Assembly: GCA_020353515.1 (NCBI GenBank)
Contig: CP070695.1
Span: 3,392,050-3,456,049, forward strand
Direction of reading: 5' to 3'
Origin: Candidatus Heimdallarchaeota archaeon
GTDB lineage: Archaea > Asgardarchaeota > Heimdallarchaeia > Hodarchaeales > Hodarchaeaceae
Length of the DNA: 64,000 nucleotides
The notes beneath the pieces were generated by a model. It was not told the DNA's origin. It was given only the letters and a program-made list of their open reading frames with translations, and did no database searches. This document shows, one piece after another, positions 29,710-39,971 of the stretch (position 1 is the first letter of the stretch; each line of letters begins with the position of its first letter). The position numbers and the translations under genes were made by a program.

Positions 29710-29740
29710 TTTCCTCCTCCTCCTTCTTCCTTTTTTTTTT
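29710..29740 (+). terminator. Pyrimidine/oligo-T archaeal terminator after aor
   Basis: TTCCTCCTCCTCCTTCTTCCTTTTTTTTTT immediately after the stop codon. Confidence 0.6.
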
Positions 29741-29747
29741 GGAATGG

Positions 29748-30889
29748 TTAATTTTCAATCTCACTCGACTCTACTGCCAGAAAAGGTTCTTGAGTCATGT
29801 AATTTTCAGATAATCTCTCTTTCCGATACTCAGTATTACTTATCAATACAACTATAATAATAAGTGCATTCGGACTGATAATCAAAGAAGAAATGACCTG
29901 TAAGAGAATTGAACTTATTGTATGTAGAAGCAAAAGGCCTAATGATATCGAAAGATATCCATAGAAACCTTTGTTGTTGAAAGAGATTTTTAATTTTACA
30001 TTTTCAATATCAATAGCCTGGATGACTTTTAAATTACTCCAAAGAAGATAAAATAAATATAAAATCCCAATAATAACAATAATGTATAAATAGAATATTT
30101 CATATAACACAGCTAGGTTAGAACCTTCAATTAATATTGCTGGTACTGCTGATATCCCATTGACAACTCCATGTATAAGTATTGGATATATTATGTTTCT
30201 AGTCGTTGATACGAGATTCCAAGAACTAAAGCTAATATAATAACAGATGAAATGTGAAGAAACGACCCTGTCATATTTCTGTTAAGTAGATTAGGTGGAA
30301 GGTGTAAAAGAGTAAAGAATATTGAGGATGCTAAAACAGCACCAGCTGTAGACATTCCTCGCTCTTCCAATAAGGGGATTAATATTCTTCGGTATACCAT
30401 TTCTTCAAATAATGGTGCTCCAATGACAAGAGGAACCAAGAATATTATAATAGTTATTGGAGAAAGAATTTCTTTAGGGATAAGTAGGGCTTCTAATCCT
30501 GTTCTTGGTGTTTCTAATTGAAAGAAATCTATTATTGCGATTATAACTGTTTTTAAAATAAGTACCGCCCATGTTAAGCATATTAGGAATAGACTCGATA
30601 TAAAAATGTACTTATTAACAGGAAATTGCCTAACATTCTTTACCTTGAGCCATGGAATGCCCCAAAGGAAAATTATTACAGTACTCAATACCTAGCTTAG
30701 AAATAATATAATAAGATTCCAAATTGGTATATAAAGAGGGTCATTAAATTCATATACACTCATGAGAATAGCAGACAATAGGATCGCTACGAAAATTTGT
30801 AAAACTCCAAAAAAGAGCGCTGCGCCAAAAGAAACCAAGACTGGAGTTAAAAAGGTTAAAAATTCATTTTTACCTTCATAAATCGCCAA
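29748..30889 (-). pseudogene. CPBP (CAAX protease / Abi) intramembrane metalloprotease, disrupted
   Basis: EEMVYR, FFTLLH and (after a frameshift near 30205) IHGVVN motifs. In-frame TAG at 30692-30694 and a 1-nt frameshift split one gene into three ORFs. Confidence 0.85.
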
Positions 30890-31078
30890 TGAATCACATC
30901 ACATTGGAACTTAAACAAAAAAACCTATTTTTAAAATTAAAAATGTGAGTAAAGGAGATTTGATATGATATTTAAGTCTGATGAAGCCGGAATCTTCCGT
31001 AATGCATAGACATATTAATTAAAGATCTTTCACGTTTTCCTCTTCTTAGTAAATTTCCGATATAAGAAGGTCTAAGGT

Positions 31079-32989
31079 ATGAAAATTGAACACCTGGTAG
31101 AAAGCGTGATGAATGAAGTCTCCAGTCCCTCAATAATGAATATGATTTCACAAATATCTCAATTTCACCGAATCCAAGGCTCTAAGGGATATTTGGAAGC
31201 AGCTAAGTTTGTGAGATCCGTTCTAGAGGAAAATGGATTAGAATCAACGTTATATGAATTTCCTGCAAATGGTAAATGGGAACATTGGGGATGGAAAGCT
31301 CCGATTTCGTGGGATATAAAAAGTGCAGAATGTTGGTTAATAAAACCTATTAAGAAAAGACTCTGTAGATATGATGATGTACCGATGAGTGTGATAACTC
31401 ACTCCTATGCGTGTGATTTTGAAGCGACCTTGGTCGACATTGGGAAGGGGGATAAAGCTGAAAATTATGAAAGAGCGAAAGGGAAAGTAGCTTTGATTAC
31501 TGGAAGCCCAAGAAGGATTTTTCATCTAGCAGCGCAGCATGACGTAAAGGGATTAATTATTCATCCAAATCCTGAAAGGACTGCCAATCTTGGAGCGAAT
31601 ACTGTTCAATATGATGGTTTTTGGCCTAATGCTGATAATTTGTCACAAGTGACTTCAGGCTTTTCGATCTCACATAGTCAAGCTTTGGAACTTCAAAAGT
31701 ATTTAGAATCCAATAATGAGGTTCGTGTCCACTTTAAGATAGATGCAGAGTTCTCACAGGAAGGAAAATTGCATGTACTTGAATCAGAGATAAAGGGTTC
31801 GACATATCCAAATGAGGAAGTTATTATAATTGCACATCTTTGTCACCCTGCTTCAAGTGCCAATGATAATGCTTCTGGTAGCGCTACTCTTGCTGAAATA
31901 GCTATAAACCTGAATAGATTGATATATCAAGGAATTTTTCCTCGTCCTGAAAGGACTATACGATTTCTTTGGGTACCCGAATTTTCAGGAACCATACATT
32001 GGTTAAAAAAGTATGATGATCAACTCAAATCTAAGCAGATAATTTCCGTTTTTAATCTGGATATGGTGGGAGAATCTCCAAAGATAATCGGGGCACCTTT
32101 GACAATAAATTGTCCTAGCTGTGCCACTCCTTCATACCTTAAGGCACTTCTGAATATTGCTGCAAAATACGTATCTGAACACAAGCCAATTTACGACGAA
32201 AAAGGACGAATTTATCAATTAAATTATCGATTGAAACCATTCGCAGGTGGAAGTGATCATCTAATATTTAATGATAAATATTTTTCCATTCCGAGTGTGA
32301 TGTTCGGACATGAGGACCCCTTTCATCATTCTAGTGCTGATTCTATTGATAAAGTCGATCCATTTGAATGTAAAAGTGTTGCAACTATAGCAGGATCTGT
32401 TGCATTTAGTTTGGCTTCCTGTAATAACCAATTCCTTGAAGAACTACTCTATTTCGTATTTTTAGAAGGAGTAGGTGACATGCTAAAACATGAATTAAGT
32501 GTAAATCAAGATAATTGCTTAGTTTTTCAGAAAAAAAGGAAGTTAGAATTACTCGAGAAGTTAATTTTACAACGAATGGAAAGTATCTTAGAATTAAAAC
32601 CTGGAAACAATTTCCAAGAAAAATTGGTTTATTTTTCTCAAGCAATTAAAGCTCATTTTTCTCAAATACAGATTAAAACAGAATCGAAGGAAACAAAGGA
32701 AGATATAGCTAAAATAAAGATAAAACGAAATTATTTAGGACCAATATCTTATAAGAAGCTAGATAAAGCAGATCGCTCAACAAAAGATAAGAAAATCTTT
32801 CAGACCTTAGCAAAGGAATATTGGGGAGGTATTCCTCTAGAACTACTTAACTTGGCAGATGGAGTTTTAACAATAGAAGAAATTTTCCTGATTCTCAACT
32901 TACATTACCCAAATGTTGAATTAGATAGTTTGATATCTCTAATTAAACTGTTTCAAAAAGAAGCGATTCTTGTCGAGGTTCTAGATTGA
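31079..32989 (+). CDS. M28 family aminopeptidase-like protein (DUF4910-like, PA domain)
   Basis: AHLCHP, ANDNASGS, WVPEFSGT, NLDMVG, GGSDH, HHSSAD. Confidence 0.9.
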   Translation: MKIEHLVESVMNEVSSPSIMNMISQISQFHRIQGSKGYLEAAKFVRSVLEENGLESTLYEFPANGKWEHWGWKAPISWDIKSAECWLIKPIKKRLCRYDDVPMSVITHSYACDFEATLVDIGKGDKAENYERAKGKVALITGSPRRIFHLAAQHDVKGLIIHPNPERTANLGANTVQYDGFWPNADNLSQVTSGFSISHSQALELQKYLESNNEVRVHFKIDAEFSQEGKLHVLESEIKGSTYPNEEVIIIAHLCHPASSANDNASGSATLAEIAINLNRLIYQGIFPRPERTIRFLWVPEFSGTIHWLKKYDDQLKSKQIISVFNLDMVGESPKIIGAPLTINCPSCATPSYLKALLNIAAKYVSEHKPIYDEKGRIYQLNYRLKPFAGGSDHLIFNDKYFSIPSVMFGHEDPFHHSSADSIDKVDPFECKSVATIAGSVAFSLASCNNQFLEELLYFVFLEGVGDMLKHELSVNQDNCLVFQKKRKLELLEKLILQRMESILELKPGNNFQEKLVYFSQAIKAHFSQIQIKTESKETKEDIAKIKIKRNYLGPISYKKLDKADRSTKDKKIFQTLAKEYWGGIPLELLNLADGVLTIEEIFLILNLHYPNVELDSLISLIKLFQKEAILVEVLD

Positions 32990-33159
32990 TTAAGAGAAAT
33001 ATACTGATCGATACCTCCTCGTTCAATCAAATTTTCTTAACCCCTCTCCTTTTCTAAAATAGTTCACAATTGAAAACAATTTATAAATGTTAAAAACCAA
33101 TTATTCATTGAGTATAATATCTTCAGTACAATCTGGAAAATGTAACAGAGGCTCAGCAG

Positions 33160-33969
33160 ATGGCAACCACAGAACAAATTCTTTGGGGATTATCTTTATC
33201 GTTATTTGCTGGACTTTCTACCACTCTAGGAGCAATTCTTGTCTTCATTATCAAGAAAGATGATTCAAAAATTATTAGTTTATCAATGGGTTTTTCGGCT
33301 GGAGTGATGTTAGGTGTTTCTATTTTTGAATTATTGCCTGAAGCAATTCGAAGGTTAGAGATTTTGACAGCAGGTTTCTTTTTCTTGGTAGGCATGATTA
33401 TTGTAGCTGTAATTGACTTTCTGATACCACATGAATACATGCATGAACATTCATGTGAGGATGATAAAGATGACTTCCTTGTCAAAGAAAAAAGAAATCC
33501 AAACTTAATGAGAACAGGTTTCCTTGTGGCAATCGGAATAGGCATTCATAACCTACCAGAGGGTTTTGTTACAATTACTGGCAGCTTATATTCTCTTGAA
33601 TTAGGGCTTATTCTTGCTATTGCAATTGCTTTACACAATATCCCTGAAGGTCTTTCTGTTGCCATTCCAATTTATGCTGCTTCTAATAATCGTCGTAAAG
33701 CTTTCTTAATCTCTTTTATTTCGGGATTAGCTGAACCAATCGGAGCTTTAATTGGATTAGTAATCCTATTAAGCTTAGGGGTCATTAGTGAGGAAATAAT
33801 TATTATGTCATTGGCTTTTGTTGCAGGAATAATGACCTTTATCTCCCTAGACGAATTACTGCCTACAGCTCATGCAACGTGCAATGAATATGGCAACGAT
33901 ACTCACATCGTCACTGGGGGAATCTTAGCTGGTATGGTTGTTATGCTAATTACTCTAATTTTCCTCTAA
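33160..33969 (+). CDS. zupT: ZIP family zinc/iron permease
   Basis: GFSAGVM, His-rich loop, IHNLPEG, LHNIPEG, GLAEPIG, DELLP. Confidence 0.93.
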   Translation: MATTEQILWGLSLSLFAGLSTTLGAILVFIIKKDDSKIISLSMGFSAGVMLGVSIFELLPEAIRRLEILTAGFFFLVGMIIVAVIDFLIPHEYMHEHSCEDDKDDFLVKEKRNPNLMRTGFLVAIGIGIHNLPEGFVTITGSLYSLELGLILAIAIALHNIPEGLSVAIPIYAASNNRRKAFLISFISGLAEPIGALIGLVILLSLGVISEEIIIMSLAFVAGIMTFISLDELLPTAHATCNEYGNDTHIVTGGILAGMVVMLITLIFL

Positions 33970-34095
33970 ATCGAAGATGAATTTTTATTTCTGTATTTTC
34001 AAGAGATAGTACCTTGCTTTTCTTTTCAATGGAATGAGTTTTTTATAAATAGTCAAGAAAATATCACTTATTTATAAACTGAAAACTATTAAGGT

Positions 34096-34641
34096 ATGAA
34101 TGTAAATAACATATGTGATACAACTATGGCGATTAAATCACTCCAAGAGATACTTAAAGACATCCTTAAAGAAGGTCGGAAGACTCCTGGGGAATGGAAA
34201 ACACTTCTCGCTCCAACTTCTGATCGTTTTGGATCAGATCTACTACTTTTTCATCCTACAACTGGGCCTATTTATCAGGTACGGGCTTACGAAAAGAATC
34301 CTTTTCAAATGACAGGAATGGGGACACGGATCGCTCGCAATGTCGATGAGGATTTTTTAAAGCTTATTAGAAGGAAAAAATCTCATGGAAATTTAGGAAT
34401 TCTTGATCTTGATTATCGCATTATTCGAGAGGCACTAACTGAAGGAACAAAATTAGATCAGATCTTTCTTAATGCTTTAAAAGGAAAAAAAGATCAAGGA
34501 ATAGAGTTTGTTAATCTTGGGGACGCTTTTCGATCTCGAAGTGAGAGACCCCTCCCTCTTCTCACAGATAATCAAAAGAAGTTGGATAAGGAATATAAAC
34601 GTCTTCTTAAGAGAGAAGGGAAGACCTCTATGTATGGTTAA
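34096..34641 (+). CDS. Conserved archaeal hypothetical protein (likely start ATG 34126)
   Basis: QEILKDI...FHP..G.YQVRAYEKNPF...GTRIAR.VDE pattern recalled from euryarchaeal conserved hypotheticals; ends SMYG. Confidence 0.75.
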   Translation: MNVNNICDTTMAIKSLQEILKDILKEGRKTPGEWKTLLAPTSDRFGSDLLLFHPTTGPIYQVRAYEKNPFQMTGMGTRIARNVDEDFLKLIRRKKSHGNLGILDLDYRIIREALTEGTKLDQIFLNALKGKKDQGIEFVNLGDAFRSRSERPLPLLTDNQKKLDKEYKRLLKREGKTSMYG

Positions 34642-34807
34642 TTAGTAAACCTATTTTTTCATTAGAATTAAAGACAAGCTTAAAGATAATTACTTTTTCT
34701 GTTGTTATTTATGCTGTTTTTTTTCTTTTAAGGGAGAACTATAGTATAGGTGTCATAGAAAAGTATTCATATATTTGCTATCTAATACCAGTCTTTGAAC
34801 ATAGTGG

Positions 34808-35599
34808 TTGAAAATGTCTTGGTACGACGAGTATAACAATCTATTAGATGATTTCACACGCGCTGTTGAAGATGAGCTTCTGCAATATGTTCGTGGACTT
34901 ATTCTCTATGGATCTTATCAAAAGGAACAGGAAGAACCAGGTTGGATTATTCCTGGGATTAGCGATATAGATTTCATCTTAGTAGTTGACATCGATGACA
35001 TCAATGAAGAGAAACCACCACGAAGGTTAGCAAAAATTGGAGAAGCTTTATCAGTTTTCTTTGTTCATCCTGTTTACGCGCCTATTCTCGATTTACGACT
35101 ACTAGAATATACTGACTTACCAGCAAGAATTGGCATGGGTTTCTCCCCCATTCATGCTATCGCAGCTGCTCAGTATGGGGAAGCTATTCTCGGTAAAAAT
35201 GTTCTAGAGAATTTTACCTATAGTGAGAAATTATTGAACCGTTCTGCGAAAATAATCATAAATCAGGGTTATGAAAGTATTAAGCGTGGCTTTTTACATC
35301 ACGAACTTGGAGTAGAACCTGTTTGTTTTGAATTTGCTGATATAGTTCTAGACATCGCTCATGCAGCTCTAGCTGCGTCTGGAATATTTAATCTGGTTAG
35401 GCCAGAAGTTCCAGAGAAATTTGATCTCCTTTTAGGTGACCAAATAGGTAGTGACAGTGTTGATATTGTTTATGAATCTAAGAAGTGGCGTATGGGTAGC
35501 CAAAAAATGGAACCTTCTGAATTTCTACGTGGATCCCTTAAATTTGCCCAAGCTGTAATAAAACATATCAGAAATCCTTTTAATTCGAAGAATCCTTGA
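34808..35599 (+). CDS. Pol-beta-like nucleotidyltransferase with helical (HEPN-like) C-domain
   Basis: LYGSY...SDIDFILVV signature; C-terminal helical bundle (IAHAALAASG). Confidence 0.75.
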   Translation: MKMSWYDEYNNLLDDFTRAVEDELLQYVRGLILYGSYQKEQEEPGWIIPGISDIDFILVVDIDDINEEKPPRRLAKIGEALSVFFVHPVYAPILDLRLLEYTDLPARIGMGFSPIHAIAAAQYGEAILGKNVLENFTYSEKLLNRSAKIIINQGYESIKRGFLHHELGVEPVCFEFADIVLDIAHAALAASGIFNLVRPEVPEKFDLLLGDQIGSDSVDIVYESKKWRMGSQKMEPSEFLRGSLKFAQAVIKHIRNPFNSKNP

Positions 35600-35626
35600 A
35601 TTAATTTAACATTTCAGGGAGTAATT

Positions 35627-36763
35627 ATGAACCAAGAGAAGGTTTCATCGATTAACAATAATAATGATTCTAAAGATAAACCGTCAATTTCGAAGATCCC
35701 TTGGGTAAGATCTGATCTTGTTCGTCATAAAAAAGGCCAATACTACTATGAAACTAGTGATCTAGTTATTATAGCCCTTTTCTGCGCGTTAGGGGGAATT
35801 CTTAGCACTTTCGTTGGGTACTTAGGTAATCTTATTAATAGAATTCTTGGAATACCATTTGGTGGGGGGCAAATTTTGGCAGGTCTGCACATTTTTTGGA
35901 TTATTTTCATTTATCTTTTAACAAATCGGAAAATCGGGGTAGCGTTTTTTACTGGTATTGTAAAAGGATTTATAGAATTTTTTTCGGGTAGTGCACATGG
36001 TATCCTAGTTCTTCTGATTTCTGGAACTCAAGGTTTGATAATTGAGATCATCTTGATCCTATTTCTCTCCTCAAACAATAAAATGATTATTTCTTTTGCA
36101 TCTGGACTTGCAAGCACTTCTAACGTATTTATTCAGCAATTAATCTTCTTTAACTCACAGATCCCTCCTCTTTTTATTGCATTCATTGGTGGTTTAAGTT
36201 TTATTTCTGGATTTATCCTTGGAGGAATATTTCCGATTGCCATATATCATCTATTCAGTAAATCTACAATTCTAAATTGGCGTAAAACTCCCAGCTCACC
36301 TCATCACTTGAAATACATCCAATTGTTACGGATTAGTATTATTTTCTTTCTTGTAGTCAGTGAGATTGCAATATTTTCCTTTTTATTGTTTCAAAATCGT
36401 TTTTCGGTTCAAATTACAGGAGATATATACAATCCTTATACTTTTTATCCTGCTGATTTTTTAGATCGTCAGGTAACGATAGAAGCGGAATTAATAGGTG
36501 ATGTGTCATATGAACCTCCTAAAAACTATACAGGTGTTCCACTCTATATCATAATTGAAGCTGCACAACCAGTTTCAGAAATTTTCCTAGTAAAAGTAAT
36601 TGCATCAGATGGTTATTTTATTGTACTTAGTTCTACCGAGATACAGGAAAATCCTTCGTTAATACTCACGATGGAGCCTACAGGTCTTCGATTAATCGCT
36701 AAAAATTTACATGGAAGCTATTGGGTTAAAAAAGTCAATCGTATCGCAATCGAGGGAAATTAA
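35627..36763 (+). CDS. ECF transporter S component fused to a molybdopterin-oxidoreductase (sulfite oxidase fold) domain
   Basis: TSDLVIIA N-terminus and six TMs (YkoE/ABC_cobalt type), an extra TM, then YTGVPL...IASDGY...LRLIA...WVKKV. Confidence 0.85.
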   Translation: MNQEKVSSINNNNDSKDKPSISKIPWVRSDLVRHKKGQYYYETSDLVIIALFCALGGILSTFVGYLGNLINRILGIPFGGGQILAGLHIFWIIFIYLLTNRKIGVAFFTGIVKGFIEFFSGSAHGILVLLISGTQGLIIEIILILFLSSNNKMIISFASGLASTSNVFIQQLIFFNSQIPPLFIAFIGGLSFISGFILGGIFPIAIYHLFSKSTILNWRKTPSSPHHLKYIQLLRISIIFFLVVSEIAIFSFLLFQNRFSVQITGDIYNPYTFYPADFLDRQVTIEAELIGDVSYEPPKNYTGVPLYIIIEAAQPVSEIFLVKVIASDGYFIVLSSTEIQENPSLILTMEPTGLRLIAKNLHGSYWVKKVNRIAIEGN

Positions 36764-36871
36764 CTAAAACAATCAGTTATGTCATTAGGTTATTAATGTA
36801 GTGACTTTGAGTTCATAAAAAAGGCTGATTTCTAATGAATCAAAAGGTATAATAATGCCTCGACTGTATTA

Positions 36872-38380
36872 GTGATCAATTTGAACTCTCCCATTATTCA
36901 AGTTCAAAATCTGTCATTTTGGTATCAAGGGTCTAAAATTTCTGTATTAGAAGATATTAACTTAGAGTTCAACAAAGGAGAGATCGTTTGTATATCTGGT
37001 TCAAGTGGTGGAGGAAAAACAACTTTAGCATTAGCACTCACAGGTCATATTCCTCACACTATAGCAGGTAATTTAAAGGGGGAGATTCTTTTCCATGGGG
37101 TACCAAGTTCAGGACTTTCTATTACAGAAATCAGTCAGCTTATGGGTTTTGTACAACAAGATCCAGAAAATCAGTTAGTTACGCCTACAGTTTATGAGGA
37201 AATAGCTTTTGGCCCTGAAAACTTATCTATAAGTAAGGAGGAGATATTTAATCGTGTTCAGTTTGGTTTGAACACAATGGACTTGACTTTACTTGCTTCA
37301 AGGTCCACAAATGAGCTCTCTGGTGGAGAGAAGCAACGTGTTGCTGTTGCATCCATACTTTCTATGTACCCCAAAGTTCTAGTTCTCGATGAACCAACAT
37401 CCTCATTAGATGTTCAAAGTATCCAAAAACTTCTACTCGCGTTACAGGAGTTGAATCAAACCAAAAAGATGACAATCATTATCCTTGAACACAAACCTTA
37501 TTTATTCAAAAAATTAATTGATAGAATAATCGTTCTCGAACAGGGGAGAATTATTGAGGAATTAAGGAAACCTAAAATCAATTTTAACCGTTTAGAGGTT
37601 CCTCGGAAAGTTCTTCAAGATATTCAACACATTCAGACAGAAAAAAAACCTCAAAATATCTTGGATGTTCAGAAGCTCTATATTACGTTGAAAAATCGTG
37701 AAATATTGAAAAAAGTGTCCTTAAAATTAAAGAAAGGGTTAATTTATGCAATTGTTGGTCCTAATGGAGCTGGAAAAACAACATTACTTCACTCTTTCCT
37801 TAATATAGTTCCTAATAATGGAACTGTTTTATTAAATGCCAATAAAATATCAAAAATCCCCATCCATAAACTAGCCAAAGATATCGGGTTGATTTTTCAA
37901 AATCCAAATCATCAGATCTTTGAAAAAACTGTGATTGACGAAATGACTTTTGCTCCCAGAAATTTCAAGCAATCCCTTAATGAGACTCTTCTAAGAGCAA
38001 ATCAACTATTGAAAGATACAAATCTAGATTCTTACGTGAAGGTACCCCCTTTTAGTCTAAGTTTTGGTGAAAAACGACGTTTGAACATTTGCTCAATATT
38101 AATTTACAAACCAGAGCTTCTGTTACTTGACGAGCCATTTATAGGGCAGGATCGCGAAAATATTGAATTTTTACTTCATCTTTTGAAAGAACGGAAGTTA
38201 AAGGGAGGTACAACTGTAATAATTTCTCATAGGAGAGAACTTTGTGATCTAGTAGATTATTTTTATGTTTTGAAAAATGGTGAGATTATCACCCAAGGTA
38301 CACCAAAAGAGATGATTCCTTTTTTGAATGAAAACGAGATTCTCGATTCTTCTATAGATGTGAAGTTTAATGCAAGATAA
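36872..38380 (+). CDS. ECF transporter duplicated ATPase (A-A' fusion)
   Basis: Two ABC domains: GSSGGGKTT / QDPENQL / LSGGEKQR, and GPNGAGKTT / FQNPNHQ / LSFGEKRR. Confidence 0.95.
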   Translation: MINLNSPIIQVQNLSFWYQGSKISVLEDINLEFNKGEIVCISGSSGGGKTTLALALTGHIPHTIAGNLKGEILFHGVPSSGLSITEISQLMGFVQQDPENQLVTPTVYEEIAFGPENLSISKEEIFNRVQFGLNTMDLTLLASRSTNELSGGEKQRVAVASILSMYPKVLVLDEPTSSLDVQSIQKLLLALQELNQTKKMTIIILEHKPYLFKKLIDRIIVLEQGRIIEELRKPKINFNRLEVPRKVLQDIQHIQTEKKPQNILDVQKLYITLKNREILKKVSLKLKKGLIYAIVGPNGAGKTTLLHSFLNIVPNNGTVLLNANKISKIPIHKLAKDIGLIFQNPNHQIFEKTVIDEMTFAPRNFKQSLNETLLRANQLLKDTNLDSYVKVPPFSLSFGEKRRLNICSILIYKPELLLLDEPFIGQDRENIEFLLHLLKERKLKGGTTVIISHRRELCDLVDYFYVLKNGEIITQGTPKEMIPFLNENEILDSSIDVKFNAR

Positions 38381-39158
38381 TCTACTACAAGAGTTTTTAA
38401 CAAAAGGTCACATTAGTGGTACAAACCCACTTGTGAAGTTCCTTGCAGTCATTGTTGTATCAATAACTCTTTTTGGAACATCTAATTTGTTTAAAATCTA
38501 TTTTATCGTTCTTATCATCATCTTGGTTTATATTTTTGGTAAATTACCCTTTGAAGTTGCCAAACCACGGTATAAAATGATGTTTCTCTTTTCTTTTACT
38601 ATTTTTTTCGTTCAAATCCTTTTTGTTCACGGAGGGAATTTATTCTTTTATCTAATACCATTACAACTCGGTGAACACGGTCCTTTCTTCCCTATATACG
38701 AACATGGATTCTACCAGGGATTAATTTTAATAGGACGTTTTTGGGGTTTGATTACTATCAGTTGGTTATTTATTAATTCAACTAATCCTTTTGCTTTCGC
38801 TCAATCATTGACAAAAATCGGAATTCCTTATCGTTTTGCGTTTTCTTTGTCTCTTGCACTACGTTTCGCTCCAGTTTTTAGTACAGAAACAAATATTGTT
38901 CAAAATGCACAACAAGCAAGAGGGCTTAATGTTAATCCTAACAATCTAAAAGGAATTTTCAATCTCCTCAAGCATACCTTAATTCCGATGATTGGTTCAA
39001 CATTAAATCGGATTCGTGATATTACAATTAGTATGGATGGACGAGCGTTCGGTAGTTATACAACAAGAACCTATATCAGAGAAATTCCCTTCACTTTACT
39101 TGATGGGTGTAAACTGATAGTTTTACTTTGTTTATTGTTCATTTTAAGCATTCTTTAA
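38370..39158 (+). CDS. ECF transporter T component (CbiQ/EcfT)
   Basis: NPLVK, ALRFAP, AQQARG, MDGRAF. Confidence 0.93.
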   Translation: MQDNLLQEFLTKGHISGTNPLVKFLAVIVVSITLFGTSNLFKIYFIVLIIILVYIFGKLPFEVAKPRYKMMFLFSFTIFFVQILFVHGGNLFFYLIPLQLGEHGPFFPIYEHGFYQGLILIGRFWGLITISWLFINSTNPFAFAQSLTKIGIPYRFAFSLSLALRFAPVFSTETNIVQNAQQARGLNVNPNNLKGIFNLLKHTLIPMIGSTLNRIRDITISMDGRAFGSYTTRTYIREIPFTLLDGCKLIVLLCLLFILSIL

Positions 39159-39214
39159 ACAACAAATGACAGAAATAAAGGTTTTTAAAATATTGTAAAA
39201 TTAGTGATTTAATA

Positions 39215-39952
39215 ATGGCTCAAGATCGTTTTTACTCTGAAAAACCGTTGGTTCATCAGCATATCGTTCTTATAAATATCTCAGAGCTATATGGTCATGA
39301 AGAGATCGTGCAAACGCAAGTAGAGTGGTTAAAAGACAACTTAAAAAAACTTGGATATTTTTTCCGTCCGATCTTAGTAGCTAAGCACGAAAAAGTCATT
39401 CTTGACGGTCATCATCGAGTGGTTGCGCTTCAGGAAATAGGTGAAGAAAAGGGGGTAAAAACAATAAAGATTCCATGTGTTGAGATTGAATATGTTGACA
39501 ATCCTGATATAACACTCGGAACTTGGCATCCAATTTATACTGGAAAAGGATCCTTTAGCTTTCCAGATGAAATCAATAAAATTGGGATAGAATGGGAAAA
39601 AGTAGAATTATTTTCCCCGGCTCTATTGAATGTTCCAAAATTCGGTTTTACTCTCAAAACGAATGATGGTTGTTATTTCTGCTTAAAAGGAACTCAACAA
39701 GACATTTACAAGAAGTTTCTCAGCCATTTCGAACCTGAGGCCTTCGATTATGCGAAAACACTTGATTATGCTATACAATCGGTTGAAACTGGTAAAGGAA
39801 CATTTGCGCTTCTACGAACACGAGTCACAAAACAGGATGTCATCAGATCAGCGAAAAGTGAGAAACTTTATGCACCTAAAACAACACGTCATATTCTCTC
39901 GTTTCGATATCAGGATATTAAAGTTCCCCTAGAAAAATTATTTCAGTCATAG
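39215..39952 (+). CDS. serK: ADP-dependent L-serine kinase (ParB-like fold)
   Basis: GHEE, LDGHHR, TWHP, PKTTRH, VPLEKLF; matches Thermococcus SerK along its length as recalled. Confidence 0.85.
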   Translation: MAQDRFYSEKPLVHQHIVLINISELYGHEEIVQTQVEWLKDNLKKLGYFFRPILVAKHEKVILDGHHRVVALQEIGEEKGVKTIKIPCVEIEYVDNPDITLGTWHPIYTGKGSFSFPDEINKIGIEWEKVELFSPALLNVPKFGFTLKTNDGCYFCLKGTQQDIYKKFLSHFEPEAFDYAKTLDYAIQSVETGKGTFALLRTRVTKQDVIRSAKSEKLYAPKTTRHILSFRYQDIKVPLEKLFQS

Positions 39953-39971
39953 TCCTTTGGTGAGATAAAGC

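Noticed and set aside
30692-30694. Pyrrolysine or amber readthrough at the in-frame TAG
   Set aside because: The same gene also has a frameshift, the site is in a TM helix, and no pyl genes are in the window.
33062-33110. Fur/Zur-like box upstream of zupT (TTGAAAACAATTTATAA)
   Set aside because: Imperfect and AT-rich, overlapping the TATA box; not distinguishable from background by eye.
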